The notes under the pieces: model-generated
Database searches by the model: none
Told to the model about the DNA's origin: nothing
The model's input: the letters and a program-made list of their open reading frames with translations, nothing else
DNA from: Candidatus Latescibacterota bacterium
GTDB lineage: Bacteria; Latescibacterota; UBA2968; GCA-2709665
Assembly: GCA_965208835.1 (NCBI GenBank)
Contig: OZ242358.1
Span: forward strand, 3,456,001-3,520,000
Direction: 5' to 3'
DNA: 64,000 bases
Position numbers and translations under genes: made by a program
In this document: positions 9,613 through 19,009 of the stretch, piece by piece
Layout: each line of letters opens with the position of its first letter
Numbering within the stretch: position 1 is the first letter of the stretch

Positions 9613-11010
9613 ATGAATCTGGGCATGCCCACAATGACCCGAAAAACCGCAGCCGGACTGATTCTCGCCATCCTTCTTCCGCTCGTTGTCATCCTGTATC
9701 CGGCAGACATCGATACCGTGCCACGTCTGGCGCTGGCGCTGTCTCTTGCCACGATCGTTCTATGGACATTCGAGCCCGTCCCCCTGGAATACAGTTCGCT
9801 GCTGATGATCGTCCTCTTCCCCGTCCTGGGGGTACTCCCGTTCGAAACCGCATTCGGGCCGTTCTCCAGCAAGACTGTCTGGCTCATCTTCGCCGGCATG
9901 GCCCTCAGTCTTGGCATCACGGAAACACCGCTGGGAACACGGATCTCGCGCCTCGTCCTGGGGCGCATCGGGAGCCTGAACGGGCTCATCCTCGCACTCC
10001 ACGTCCTGGGCATGCTTTCCGCGCTTCTCATCCCCTCGGGGGTCGTGCGAATCCTGATCCTGATGCCCCTCATCGTCACGCTGCTGCGTACGCTTGGTGA
10101 ACCGCCCGGATCACGGGTGAGCGCGGCGCTGATCCTCTCGCTGGCCTGTTCCACATACTACGGTGGCACCGGCGTTCTTACGGCTTCGGTGCCCAGCCTG
10201 GTGGTCTTCGGCGTCCTGGAATCCCGCGACATTACCGTTTACTGGGGACAGTGGACGTTGTATCTCTTTCCCGTTTTTTCTCTGTGCCGCGTCGCGTGCT
10301 GTTACGCGCTGATCCGTCTGCTATTGCCCTTGCGGGGTGCGGCACGCATCCCGTCAAAACCCCACATGGATGCCGACGTCCCCGATCGCGTTACGCCCGC
10401 TGAGAAGAAAACGCTGTGCATCCTGTTTGCGGGCATCCTGCTGTGGGCGACAGACGCGCTGCACGGCATCCATCCGGCCTACGTGGGCCTGGGTCTCGTT
10501 CTGGCCTGTTACCTCCCCGGATTAGGGCCCCTGCATCCCGACCTGCTGAAAAAGATCAACTTTCCGCTGCTCATCTACATCGCCGCGGCGTTCTCCGTTG
10601 GCCACGCGCTGGAAACCACCGGTTTCAGCCCCCTGCTCGCGAATCAGTTCACGGAGTGGCTGGGTCGTTTCGACGGCAGCCTGCTTACCCAGCTCGGTGT
10701 GCTTTCCGCCTTCATTCTGCCGTTCAATTTTATGGCGGACACGGCTGCCGTGGCCGCCATCCTCACGCCCGTCCTCCTGGATGTCGCCGCCCAGACGGGC
10801 ATGGCGCCGCTTCCCGCCGCACTGTGTATGGCCATTGTCGCAAGCTGCGGATTCTTTCCGTACCAGGCGGCGCCGTTCATCCTGGCGTACAGTTTCCGCT
10901 ACGTGCATATGGGCCAGTTCATCCGTCTCATGGTTCTCCTTGCGCTGGTCTCGCTCCTGTTACTCCTACCCCTCAACTTCCTCTACTGGCGGCTCATTGG
11001 ATTGATCTGA
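9613..11010 (+). CDS. SLC13/DASS-family anion permease
   Basis: About 13 hydrophobic segments; VWLIFAGMALSLGITETPLGTRI and FFPYQAAP motifs. Confidence 0.8.
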   Translation: MNLGMPTMTRKTAAGLILAILLPLVVILYPADIDTVPRLALALSLATIVLWTFEPVPLEYSSLLMIVLFPVLGVLPFETAFGPFSSKTVWLIFAGMALSLGITETPLGTRISRLVLGRIGSLNGLILALHVLGMLSALLIPSGVVRILILMPLIVTLLRTLGEPPGSRVSAALILSLACSTYYGGTGVLTASVPSLVVFGVLESRDITVYWGQWTLYLFPVFSLCRVACCYALIRLLLPLRGAARIPSKPHMDADVPDRVTPAEKKTLCILFAGILLWATDALHGIHPAYVGLGLVLACYLPGLGPLHPDLLKKINFPLLIYIAAAFSVGHALETTGFSPLLANQFTEWLGRFDGSLLTQLGVLSAFILPFNFMADTAAVAAILTPVLLDVAAQTGMAPLPAALCMAIVASCGFFPYQAAPFILAYSFRYVHMGQFIRLMVLLALVSLLLLLPLNFLYWRLIGLI

Positions 11011-11289
11011 CGATCATGTCGAAGGCGGGAAGACGGGAGAGGGTAGACGTTAGAAGAAATCTTTGCCGCTCCGTTCCTCCTCTATGCCTCCGGCAAGAAT
11101 TGAAACCCAACGAGGCGGGTCATCTCTAACGTCTTACGTCTACCGTCTCACCGCTTCTATCAACACGCCCACATTCGAATTAACGTCCACGAAAATTCAC
11201 GAATCGAGGTTAACGCTTGACAAGCCTCGAGTGTACGGGTACCATCGTTCTTTCGTCCATTATCGTGGCAATTCCCATTGGAGAACCCG

Positions 11290-12906
11290 ATGAATGCAAT
11301 GCGAATCAACGGAGACACGGCACTGGCCTGGGGCGCGATCGAGGCCGGAGTCAGCTGCATAACCGGCTATCCCGGTTCACCTGGCACCGGCACATTTACG
11401 GCACTGTCCGACACGGCGTCCGAATACGGCCACGATGCCGAATGGTGTCTGAACGAACGCATCGCTCTGGACGTCGCCGCAGGGGTCTCGCAGGGTGGCA
11501 AACGGGCGCTTGTGTGCATGAAGAGCGTGGGCATGAACGTGGCGCTGGACACCCTTATGGTCCTGAATATGACCGGGGTACATGCCGGGCTGGTGATCCT
11601 CATGGGCGACGATCCCGGCGCGTGGGGGTCGCAGAATGAACAGGACGGCCGTTTTTTCGCCCCCCTTGCAGAAATACCCATGCTCGAGCCCGCGACGCCG
11701 GCGGAAGGCCGGCGAATGATGCGTTGGGCTTTCGACTTCTCCGAGTCATTCCGTACGGTCGTAGTTCTGCGCATCACCCGGAGCTTCAGCGTCTGCGAAG
11801 CCGACCAGCCCCCGGTCCGCAGACCCGCGTCCCTTCACGCGCTGGCCCCGGACCGGGAACCGATGCGCTGGATTTCGTCCCTTTCAAACTGTATCCCCAA
11901 CCATCGGCGGCTCCATCGCAATCTCAAGGACATCTGCCGGACGTTCGAGGAGATTCCCTTCAACCGTATCGACGGCGCCGGAGAACTCGGCGTCATCGCA
12001 TCAGGATTCGTCCACACCAAACTTCAGGACGCGCTCGAAGGTGCGGATACGTCGGGACTCCGGCGCCTTAAGATCGGCTCCCTGTATCCCCTCCCCAGGA
12101 GCCTGATCACGAACTTTCTCAGGCACTGCGGGCAGGTCCTGGTGCTTGAAGAAGTGGACCCGTATCTGGAAGACAGCATCAAGACCATCGGGTACGACGG
12201 GCAGGTCACTCCGAGAATCCTCGGCAAACGCAGTGGACATGTGCCCGGAGAAGGTGAACTCTTTCGATGGCAGATTCAGGAAGCACTGACGGCCTGTCTG
12301 CCCGGTCTGGCTCCAAAGCGTGTATACACCGAAGCGGGCTGGGAGGAGGAAAAGCCATACCGAAAATCGCACTGCGCCGGCTGCCCGTACAATGAAATCC
12401 TCGCCGCGCTGCGTGAGGAAGCTGCCGCCCTGGGTCAGAACCCGTTCCTCACCGCCGATCCCGGCTGCGTTGTGATTGCCGCAAAATACCTCGACACCAA
12501 GCTGTGCATGGGATCCGCCGTCGGCGCGGCGCTGGGACTCCAGAAGGCAGGCGTGGGAGAACGGGCCGTGGCCATTACGGGCGACTCGGCCTTCTACCAC
12601 AGCAGCGTAAACGCGCTGATCCATGCCGGATCGACCGGCGCATATCTGTTGCTTGTGGTACTCGACAACGCCGGTTCACATACGACCGGAGGCCAGCCCA
12701 CCCCCGATCGGGGCGTCCCGGTCGCCGGAAAACCAGGTCCTGTCGTTGGCATCAACAATCTGGCCGCGGCCTGCGGCGTCGACTCGGTCTGGACGGTCGA
12801 AGAAACGGATCCTGAGTCACGGATGCGCGGAATCTTCCGGGAAGCGTTACAGACCGAAGGCCTCGGCCTGGTGACGATTCGAAGACGTTGTGAGCCGGTG
12901 GACTGA
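11290..12906 (+). CDS. iorA: Indolepyruvate:ferredoxin oxidoreductase alpha subunit-like protein
   Basis: GYPGSPGT, NERIAL, MKSVGMNVALD, DDPGAWGSQNEQD, CAGCP and the TPP motif GDSAFYHS...LDN. Confidence 0.85.
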   Translation: MNAMRINGDTALAWGAIEAGVSCITGYPGSPGTGTFTALSDTASEYGHDAEWCLNERIALDVAAGVSQGGKRALVCMKSVGMNVALDTLMVLNMTGVHAGLVILMGDDPGAWGSQNEQDGRFFAPLAEIPMLEPATPAEGRRMMRWAFDFSESFRTVVVLRITRSFSVCEADQPPVRRPASLHALAPDREPMRWISSLSNCIPNHRRLHRNLKDICRTFEEIPFNRIDGAGELGVIASGFVHTKLQDALEGADTSGLRRLKIGSLYPLPRSLITNFLRHCGQVLVLEEVDPYLEDSIKTIGYDGQVTPRILGKRSGHVPGEGELFRWQIQEALTACLPGLAPKRVYTEAGWEEEKPYRKSHCAGCPYNEILAALREEAAALGQNPFLTADPGCVVIAAKYLDTKLCMGSAVGAALGLQKAGVGERAVAITGDSAFYHSSVNALIHAGSTGAYLLLVVLDNAGSHTTGGQPTPDRGVPVAGKPGPVVGINNLAAACGVDSVWTVEETDPESRMRGIFREALQTEGLGLVTIRRRCEPVD

Positions 12907-12913
12907 GCGGCGC

Positions 12914-13018
12914 AAAAAAAAGGGATCGCCAGGGAGAGTGTCGAATCCCATACGAGCCCTTTAGAGACGAGCGTAATTCCGCGCATTAAGTGCGGACACG
13001 GGGCAGCTGGTGAACCCC
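12914..13018 (-). ncRNA. Candidate ~100-nt structured small RNA, family unknown
   Basis: Terminal stem GGGGTTCACCAG/CTGGCGATCCC, inner stem GTGTC/GACAC, hairpin CGCA-CTTAA-TGCG, stems GAAT/ATTC and TACG/CGTA, then T8. Confidence 0.45.
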
Positions 13019-13085
13019 TCTTCAATACATAAAACGTTCAGAAGCGGTCTTCAGAACGCGTGAAATACGTCCTGCTGTCCAGGTC

Positions 13086-13666
13086 TTACCGGAACTCGAG
13101 AGAAGACACGATTGTACGGTATTCGTCGACCGGAAAGGCGGCCGACGTCCCGTTGCCCAGCATCAGATAAGCCTTCCTCCCGTCCAGCACGACCGTAACG
13201 AAGAACCGGTCCCCCCTTTGGCGCAGAAACACCGTCCGGAAGATCCACTCGATGCCCTCGCGTCCGGAATTCTGGAACGTGCGCTTCTCCTGGGCCCTGT
13301 ACCCCAGAAAGGTGGCCTTGAACTCCTCCTCGAGTTCGGCCGTTACGGTCTGGAGTGTCGCTTTATCCGCAAGCGCGCGAGGCCTCAGCGTCAGAACCGC
13401 CGCGAATCCGATATCGGCTCCCGGTTCATCACGACTTCAACCCTGGGCAATCCGTTCGGCTCCCGGGTCTGGAAAGACGTCTGGGCAGTCCATCCCCACA
13501 CGTCCGGAACCGTAATCCGGAACCCCCACTCGTCGTTCGAATACACCCTGTCGCCGTCGGAGTCGCCGGTCGGATTGTTGGCGGTGTCCTCGGGAATAGG
13601 ACCGCAACTCAGCATCGCGAAGAGACATACCAGACAGAACCGGAAGCCTGTTCGGGGTCTGGACAT
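13086..13666 (-). pseudogene. Lipoprotein (PsbP-like) gene interrupted by one frameshift; pseudogene or sequencing error
   Basis: Lipoprotein signal ...CLFAMLSC and YSNDEWGFRITVPDVW. Adding 1 nt near 13408 continues as GFAAVLTLRPRAL...FPVDEYRTIVSSLEFR-stop, giving 193 aa. Confidence 0.7.
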
Positions 13667-13780
13667 CGTGCCCGCCTTCCTTTGTTCGAAATGCACGTTG
13701 AATTCACACTCCCGGCTGTTTGATCCGTTTACCCGTGCGGCACAGTCCCGATGCCGCCCGCCGGTCACCCCGGGCAACGG

Positions 13781-14458
13781 TCAGCGCACGATGCCCAGCC
13801 GTCTCCATCGGATCTTTACGAACGGATTCCAGATCGGCGCGCCGGAATTCCAGGAGAAGTAGATCAGAAGCGGGTGTGCCTTTACCCTGTCGAGCGACAC
13901 CGGTCCCCAGAACCGGCTGTCGTCGCTGTTGTCCCGATTGTCACCCATCACGAAGACATGACCCGGAGGCACCATATAAGGGCCGTAGTTGTCGCGAGGG
14001 CTGTACCGTTTCGGCTGTGTCCGCAGGTCCATAAACTTCACGCCCTCGGGATTCACGTATGGCTCGCCGTTGACATAGACAACCTTGTTTCTGATCTCGA
14101 TCGTTTGTCCTTCCACTGCAATACACCGCTTGATGAAGTCCCGCGACGGATCCTGCGGATATTCGAAAATCACCAGATCTCCAGGTTTCGGAGAACGAAA
14201 ACCCGGCATTCGAAAGGAAGGCAGCTTGTAGTTCAGTACCGGCAGGCGATCGGGAATCTGCGTTCCGAACGTGAGCTTGTCGCCGAGAACATAGTCGCCC
14301 TCCATCAACGTGTTCTCCATGGATCCTGACGGAATATGATAGGCCTGGACCAGCGTTGCCCGGATCAATACTGCCAGAAAAACAGCAAAAAAGATCGATT
14401 TCAGATAATCGACCAGAATCCGTCCGCTACGCGGCCGGCGGCGACGCTTCGACATCAT
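13781..14458 (-). CDS. lepB: Signal peptidase I
   Basis: IPSGSMENTL (Ser), FIKRCIA (Lys), MGDNRDNSDDSRFWG. Confidence 0.95.
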   Translation of the reverse strand: MMSKRRRRPRSGRILVDYLKSIFFAVFLAVLIRATLVQAYHIPSGSMENTLMEGDYVLGDKLTFGTQIPDRLPVLNYKLPSFRMPGFRSPKPGDLVIFEYPQDPSRDFIKRCIAVEGQTIEIRNKVVYVNGEPYVNPEGVKFMDLRTQPKRYSPRDNYGPYMVPPGHVFVMGDNRDNSDDSRFWGPVSLDRVKAHPLLIYFSWNSGAPIWNPFVKIRWRRLGIVR

Positions 14459-14522
14459 AGATCAACCTCCATTACGTCCCCCTTCTGAACTGTGTGAGGA
14501 TCGGCGTTTCAGATACGCATGC

Positions 14523-15539
14523 TTAGACGCGGAAATTGGTCGCCGGTTCCCGACCGGCGCCGCCGGGATCTGAGAAACGGGGCGCTTCCGGCCGGCCGCT
14601 GTCGGCGGAGCGGTTGGCCGCAAGGGTCACGTCGAGTGAACGGACGCCGTCCTCGTAGTCCGACAGAACGGCCGATCCGTCGCCCCTTCGAATGGCTTCC
14701 ACGAATACTTCGTCGATATCTCCGATATCCTGCAGAACCGGACCCGGGTCTGCCGCGGATTCCGGATAGACGGTAAGGCCTTCCGTACCGAATTCCACTC
14801 GCATGTCTTTCATCACGAAAGACATCAGTCCGGTCCCGCCTCCGTTTCGAAACGTACACGTGGAGGTTAACGAGCCGATCGCCCCCGTCTCGAACTTCAG
14901 ATTGATCGAATGCACGTCCGGTATATCCAGGTTTTCTTCGTCATCGAGCGTACGCAACGCGTAATAGGCGTGAACTTCCGCCACCTCACCCACAAGAAAG
15001 CGAAGCAGATCCACCTGGTGGGTGGTCTGCTCTACGATCTGTCCGCCCGACTGCGCCATCACGCGCCACCAGGGCGTTCCCGGCAGCCCGCCCCATCTGT
15101 GGACCGCGGCCATGCCGATCGTTCGACCCTCCAGGAATGCCTTCGCCTGCTGTACGATGCCGGTATAGCGCAGCTGATAACCCACGCAGGTCAATACGCC
15201 CGCCTCTCGCACGGCCTCCAGGATTTCGAGGGCTTTCTCCATTGTCGGCGCCACGGGTTTTTCCACGAACAGATGCACGCCCTGCCGCACCGCCAGAATC
15301 TCAGCGTCAGTATGTGCAAATGTGGGTACGCAGACATACAGGGCCGACAGCGATTCGCAGTCCAGCATCTTCCGATGGTCTGTAAACGCCCTCGCGCCGT
15401 ATTCCCCCGCCACTTGCTCTGCGGTTTCACGACGCACGTCGCAGATCGCCACGATGTCCACGTCTTCAATCGCCTGCAACACCCGCATATGGGATCTCGC
15501 GCGACCCCCGGCGCCGATGAACCCAACCTGAATTGCCAC
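14523..15539 (-). CDS. Gfo/Idh/MocA-family oxidoreductase
   Basis: VGFIGAGGRA, VEKPVA, VGYQLRY and SGGQIVEQTTHQVD; GTG start with AGGAGG. Confidence 0.9.
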   Translation of the reverse strand: MAIQVGFIGAGGRARSHMRVLQAIEDVDIVAICDVRRETAEQVAGEYGARAFTDHRKMLDCESLSALYVCVPTFAHTDAEILAVRQGVHLFVEKPVAPTMEKALEILEAVREAGVLTCVGYQLRYTGIVQQAKAFLEGRTIGMAAVHRWGGLPGTPWWRVMAQSGGQIVEQTTHQVDLLRFLVGEVAEVHAYYALRTLDDEENLDIPDVHSINLKFETGAIGSLTSTCTFRNGGGTGLMSFVMKDMRVEFGTEGLTVYPESAADPGPVLQDIGDIDEVFVEAIRRGDGSAVLSDYEDGVRSLDVTLAANRSADSGRPEAPRFSDPGGAGREPATNFRV

Positions 15540-15580
15540 AACGCCCTCCTGAAGCGATGGTGAAACCGTATGCCGGACCC

Positions 15581-15746
15581 TGACAGTCCATTGATGAAGT
15601 CGCTCCGCAGGCGAGGCCGAGCCATCGTGATCGAAGACAAGGCGCACGACCGAGTCGAATCGGCGGATTCGGCAAGGGAGCGCAACGCAGTTATTCGAAC
15701 ACGAGAGCCGGCCGCAGCCCGGATGGGCTTTCTCAATGGGCTGTTA
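15581..15746. mobile_element. MITE family A, copy 1
   Basis: Terminal inverted repeats TGACAGTCCATTGA / TCAATGGGCTGTTA; colinear with 38358-38517 (GAAGACAAGG.GC.CGACCGAGTC...GGGAGCGCAAC.CAG...GCAGCCCGGATGGGCT). Confidence 0.8.
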
Positions 15747-15775
15747 AATTAGCCGGGCGCGGCGAACGCTGTCAA
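15746..15775 (-). promoter_or_regulatory. Putative sigma70 promoter for the Gfo/Idh/MocA-lepB genes
   Basis: TTGACA-18 bp-TAATTT on the minus strand. Confidence 0.5.
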
Positions 15776-15892
15776 GCGAAATCAAGAAAAGAAAGATCAC
15801 GCGCGTGCTTTTATCTTTGAATTATCCCGTCCCGGCACTTAACTTACCCGTTCAGATCACGCTTCAATCACGAACTGAAGAGGATGTTTCCC

Positions 15893-16933
15893 ATGCGAGT
15901 CGAGGATCTGGATACGCCCGCGTTGACCATCGACCTCGACATATTATCAAGAAATATCAACGACCTGGCCGAATCCTGCCGCAGGCACAAGATCGCACTT
16001 CGTGTCCATACCAAGACTCACAAGATCCCTGAAATTGCCCACCTTCAGCTTCAGGCCGGGGCCATCGGTATTGTGTGCCAGAAGTTGGGGGAAGCCGAAG
16101 TGATGGTCGATGCGGGAATTACCGACATCCTCATTCCATACAACATCGTTGGCACACGGAAGGTGGAACGCCTCGTCCGCCTCCGGAAAAAGGCAACGAT
16201 CGCCGTAGCCCTGGATTCGGAGACTACGGCCCGCGGCATTTCAAATCTGGCGGGGGAACCGGAAGTCCCCGTCCTGATCGAACTGGACACCGGCGGCAAT
16301 CGATGCGGTGTTCAGTCTCCCGAAGCAGCCCTGGAACTCGCCCGCAAAGTCGTCCAGCTGCGCGGCCTCCGTTTCCAGGGCATCATGACCTATCCCAGCC
16401 GGCCCCAGGCGAAACCCTTTCTGACGCGGACACGAAGGCTGCTGGAAGACGCCGGCATCCAGGTGCCTGTTGTCAGCGGAGGCGGGACCGGAAGCGAGGC
16501 CGTCTCCAAACAGATTGGCTGCACCGAAACCCGAATCGGTTCCTACGTCTTCGAGGGGATGCGCCGAATCAATCACTCGGACAACCCTCCGAACCCGATC
16601 ACCTGCGCCGAACGCATGATCGTGACCGTTGTGAGCGCGCCCACCCCCGAACGAATTATCGTGGATGGCGGCCAGAAAACCTTCGCGAGCTATCCCCCCA
16701 TCCCGTACGGTCACATCGTGGAACACCCGGATGCCAGAATAAACGGCATGTCGGTAGAACACGGCCATATTGACGTCAGCGACTGCGACCATGCGTTCCA
16801 GGTAGGGGAACGTATTTCAATTATTCCCCAGCACCAGGGCATGACCACCAATCTGCACGATACCGCCTACGCGGTAAGAAACGGCGTTGTGGAAGCCGTC
16901 TGGGCCGTTGCCGGCCGGGGCCGGGTGCAATAG
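15893..16933 (+). CDS. D-threonine aldolase/D-serine dehydratase-family PLP enzyme (alanine racemase fold)
   Basis: TPALTIDLD, RVHTKTHK (PLP lysine), ELDTGGNRCGV, SVEHGH. Confidence 0.85.
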   Translation: MRVEDLDTPALTIDLDILSRNINDLAESCRRHKIALRVHTKTHKIPEIAHLQLQAGAIGIVCQKLGEAEVMVDAGITDILIPYNIVGTRKVERLVRLRKKATIAVALDSETTARGISNLAGEPEVPVLIELDTGGNRCGVQSPEAALELARKVVQLRGLRFQGIMTYPSRPQAKPFLTRTRRLLEDAGIQVPVVSGGGTGSEAVSKQIGCTETRIGSYVFEGMRRINHSDNPPNPITCAERMIVTVVSAPTPERIIVDGGQKTFASYPPIPYGHIVEHPDARINGMSVEHGHIDVSDCDHAFQVGERISIIPQHQGMTTNLHDTAYAVRNGVVEAVWAVAGRGRVQ

Positions 16934-17037
16934 ACGGGCGAGTCGGGCAGACCGGCCATCCTTCGCCGCCGATTCCCATCTCTGCTTCATTCAGCCAGGT
17001 CCATCCCGACATTCGACGATCCGAAAGGAGATTCGCA

Positions 17038-17931
17038 ATGCGCCAGGTACAGTGGGAACGCATGTTTCCCGATCAGTTGGAAGCCGCATATGACGATTGT
17101 CCACTTGTCTATTTCACATACGGCCTTTGCGAACCCCATGGACCTCACGACGCGGTAGGCCTCGATGGCCTGAAAGCCCACGGGATCGCCTGCGAGGCCG
17201 CGCGCGCACACGGTGGTATCGTTGCCCCGCCGGACTTCTGGCACATACACGAACTGGGCGGGTATGCGCTTTGGCTCGAACGAACGGTGGGGCAGGCCAA
17301 ACGCTCCTGGATGACCTGCATGCCGCCGTGGCAGCATTTCAAGAACATCTGCTACCACATCCGGATGGCCGACCACCTCCGCTTCCACGCCGCCATTTTC
17401 ATAACGGGTCACTACGGACCCAACTGGAAAGATCTCAAAACGCTGATCGACCTCGTGCAACCCCACGTCGGCACCAGGCTCTACGGTCTTCCGGACAGCG
17501 AAGCCAACAAGCCCGGCTTCGACAACGACGGACAGAGCGGCGGCGACCACGCCGGAAAGGTCGAGACGTCGCTCCTGTGGGCGCTGCAACCGGACTGCGT
17601 GGACCTCTCCCGGTTGCCGCCCGAAGACGCCCCGGGGCCTCATTTTGCGATGGGGCCGACGGTCCGGAAGTCAGATCGCCGCGTTGGCGAGCGCATGGTG
17701 GCTGACGAAGTCCGCTGGCTGGGCGAAAAGGCAAAGGAACTGCTCGACGACTACGGAAAAGCGAATGCGGGCCACAAACTGCAGACCTACGAAGACGTGG
17801 AAATGCTCTGGGAGACCGTGGTTGGCCCGGCGCTCGGGGAATTCGAGACCATGCAAGACAGCTGGTCAGGGGAATCCCTGCCCGAAACCTCTGTCTGGCA
17901 TCCCAACTGGCACGTACCCAACCGGGGATAG
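17038..17931 (+). CDS. Creatininase-family amidohydrolase
   Basis: GLCEPHGPHDAVGLD, TGHYG, GDHAGKVETS. Confidence 0.85.
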   Translation: MRQVQWERMFPDQLEAAYDDCPLVYFTYGLCEPHGPHDAVGLDGLKAHGIACEAARAHGGIVAPPDFWHIHELGGYALWLERTVGQAKRSWMTCMPPWQHFKNICYHIRMADHLRFHAAIFITGHYGPNWKDLKTLIDLVQPHVGTRLYGLPDSEANKPGFDNDGQSGGDHAGKVETSLLWALQPDCVDLSRLPPEDAPGPHFAMGPTVRKSDRRVGERMVADEVRWLGEKAKELLDDYGKANAGHKLQTYEDVEMLWETVVGPALGEFETMQDSWSGESLPETSVWHPNWHVPNRG

Positions 17932-18013
17932 GCCCACCGCGGTCGGGACTCGTCTAGTCCGGACGGAATGAAGGACGATGCGCGTACAATCGTATTGGAC
18001 GCCCGGCTCTACT

Positions 18014-18397
18014 TTATTGAGTCCGTTCAAGCAGTTCGATCTCGTAACCGTCCGGGTCGTCCACAAAGGCCATCTTCCGTCCCGTAGGAAACGTCTCGCG
18101 CCAATCGCCGGGCCAGATTTCGATGCCCTTGTTCTCCAGACCGCTGCAAAACACAATGAGATCCGGCACCCCGATTGCAAGATGCATCAGATCCTCCGGC
18201 ACGTTCAACTCGTAGTCGTCCGAATAGGTCAGCTCGAGCGTATGGGCGTTGCCGGGCAATTCCAGGTGCATAATCTGGTTTCCCGCCGGAGACTTCTCCG
18301 ACCTGCTCTTCACCACAAAACCGAAATGGTCGCAATAGAACGCCGCCGACCTGTCCAGATCGCTTACCCGAATCCTGGTGTGGAGAAATACCGCCAT
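18014..18397 (-). CDS. VOC/glyoxalase I-like protein
   Basis: LHTRIRVSDLDRSAAFY, LELTY, HLAIGV, FVDDPDGYEIEL. Confidence 0.9.
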   Translation of the reverse strand: MAVFLHTRIRVSDLDRSAAFYCDHFGFVVKSRSEKSPAGNQIMHLELPGNAHTLELTYSDDYELNVPEDLMHLAIGVPDLIVFCSGLENKGIEIWPGDWRETFPTGRKMAFVDDPDGYEIELLERTQ

Positions 18398-18455
18398 CGC
18401 AGGCTCCTTTCTTCTCGCGTTTGTCGGCCGGACCGGGCAACGGTGTTCTGCCCAG

Positions 18456-18483
18456 AAAAAAAGGGACAGCCAGTAGCTGCCCC
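18456..18483 (-). terminator. Rho-independent terminator
   Basis: Minus strand GGGGCAGC-TACTG-GCTGTCCC-T7. Confidence 0.65.
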
Positions 18484-18510
18484 ATTGACCGCGCCTTCCG
18501 TCCCGCCAGT

Positions 18511-18891
18511 TTACACCTTTGCCGGCGAAACGGCTTCGGCTCCGTCCTCCCGGTCGGTCGTTCCGTTGGTTTCCGTTTCGACGCCCAGCGCCTCGCGGAT
18601 CTGTCGTATCGCCTGAAGGTAATAATTCCGCACCGTACTCTTCGAGACAGAGAGCAGCAGCGCGATTTCCGCCATGGACTTGCCCTGCGAACGCAGTAGC
18701 AATACCTCGTACTTGCGGCCGGTCAACGTCGGCTCGATCGCGTTCTTCACGGCATCCAGTTTTTCGACGTCCAGATCCGTATTCGCATAGGGGTCGGGAT
18801 CGAGCGAATGCCGGAGGATGAATGACAGCGGCACGGTCTCCGTTCGGGGATGACAGCGCTCCAACACCGTGTTGTATCGGGGCCCTCGCAT
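18511..18891 (-). CDS. Small sigma70 region 4/LuxR-type HTH protein
   Basis: LTGRKYEVLLLRSQGKSMAEIALLLSVSKSTVRNYYLQAIRQIR; AGGAG upstream. Confidence 0.7.
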   Translation of the reverse strand: MRGPRYNTVLERCHPRTETVPLSFILRHSLDPDPYANTDLDVEKLDAVKNAIEPTLTGRKYEVLLLRSQGKSMAEIALLLSVSKSTVRNYYLQAIRQIREALGVETETNGTTDREDGAEAVSPAKV

Positions 18892-19009
18892 ACCGTGATC
18901 ACACTCCTGAATTGACCAATGACTTCCCGCACCGTCGCGGGCACAATCTCATACGTGGACAATTTAGCCTGTTCTTCTCGCACAGGCAAGCGAAAACTCG
19001 TCCTGCGGG

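Noticed and set aside
12922-12962. tmRNA 5'-like string GGGCTCGTATGGGATTCGAC on the minus strand
   Set aside because: It is followed at once by a stem and T8, with no tag reading frame or T-arm/CCA end. No tmRNA was found next to smpB either.
18747-18989. Frameshifted N-terminal extension making a full ECF sigma factor
   Set aside because: The upstream ORF has no sigma region 2 features, and ATG 18891 has its own AGGAG.
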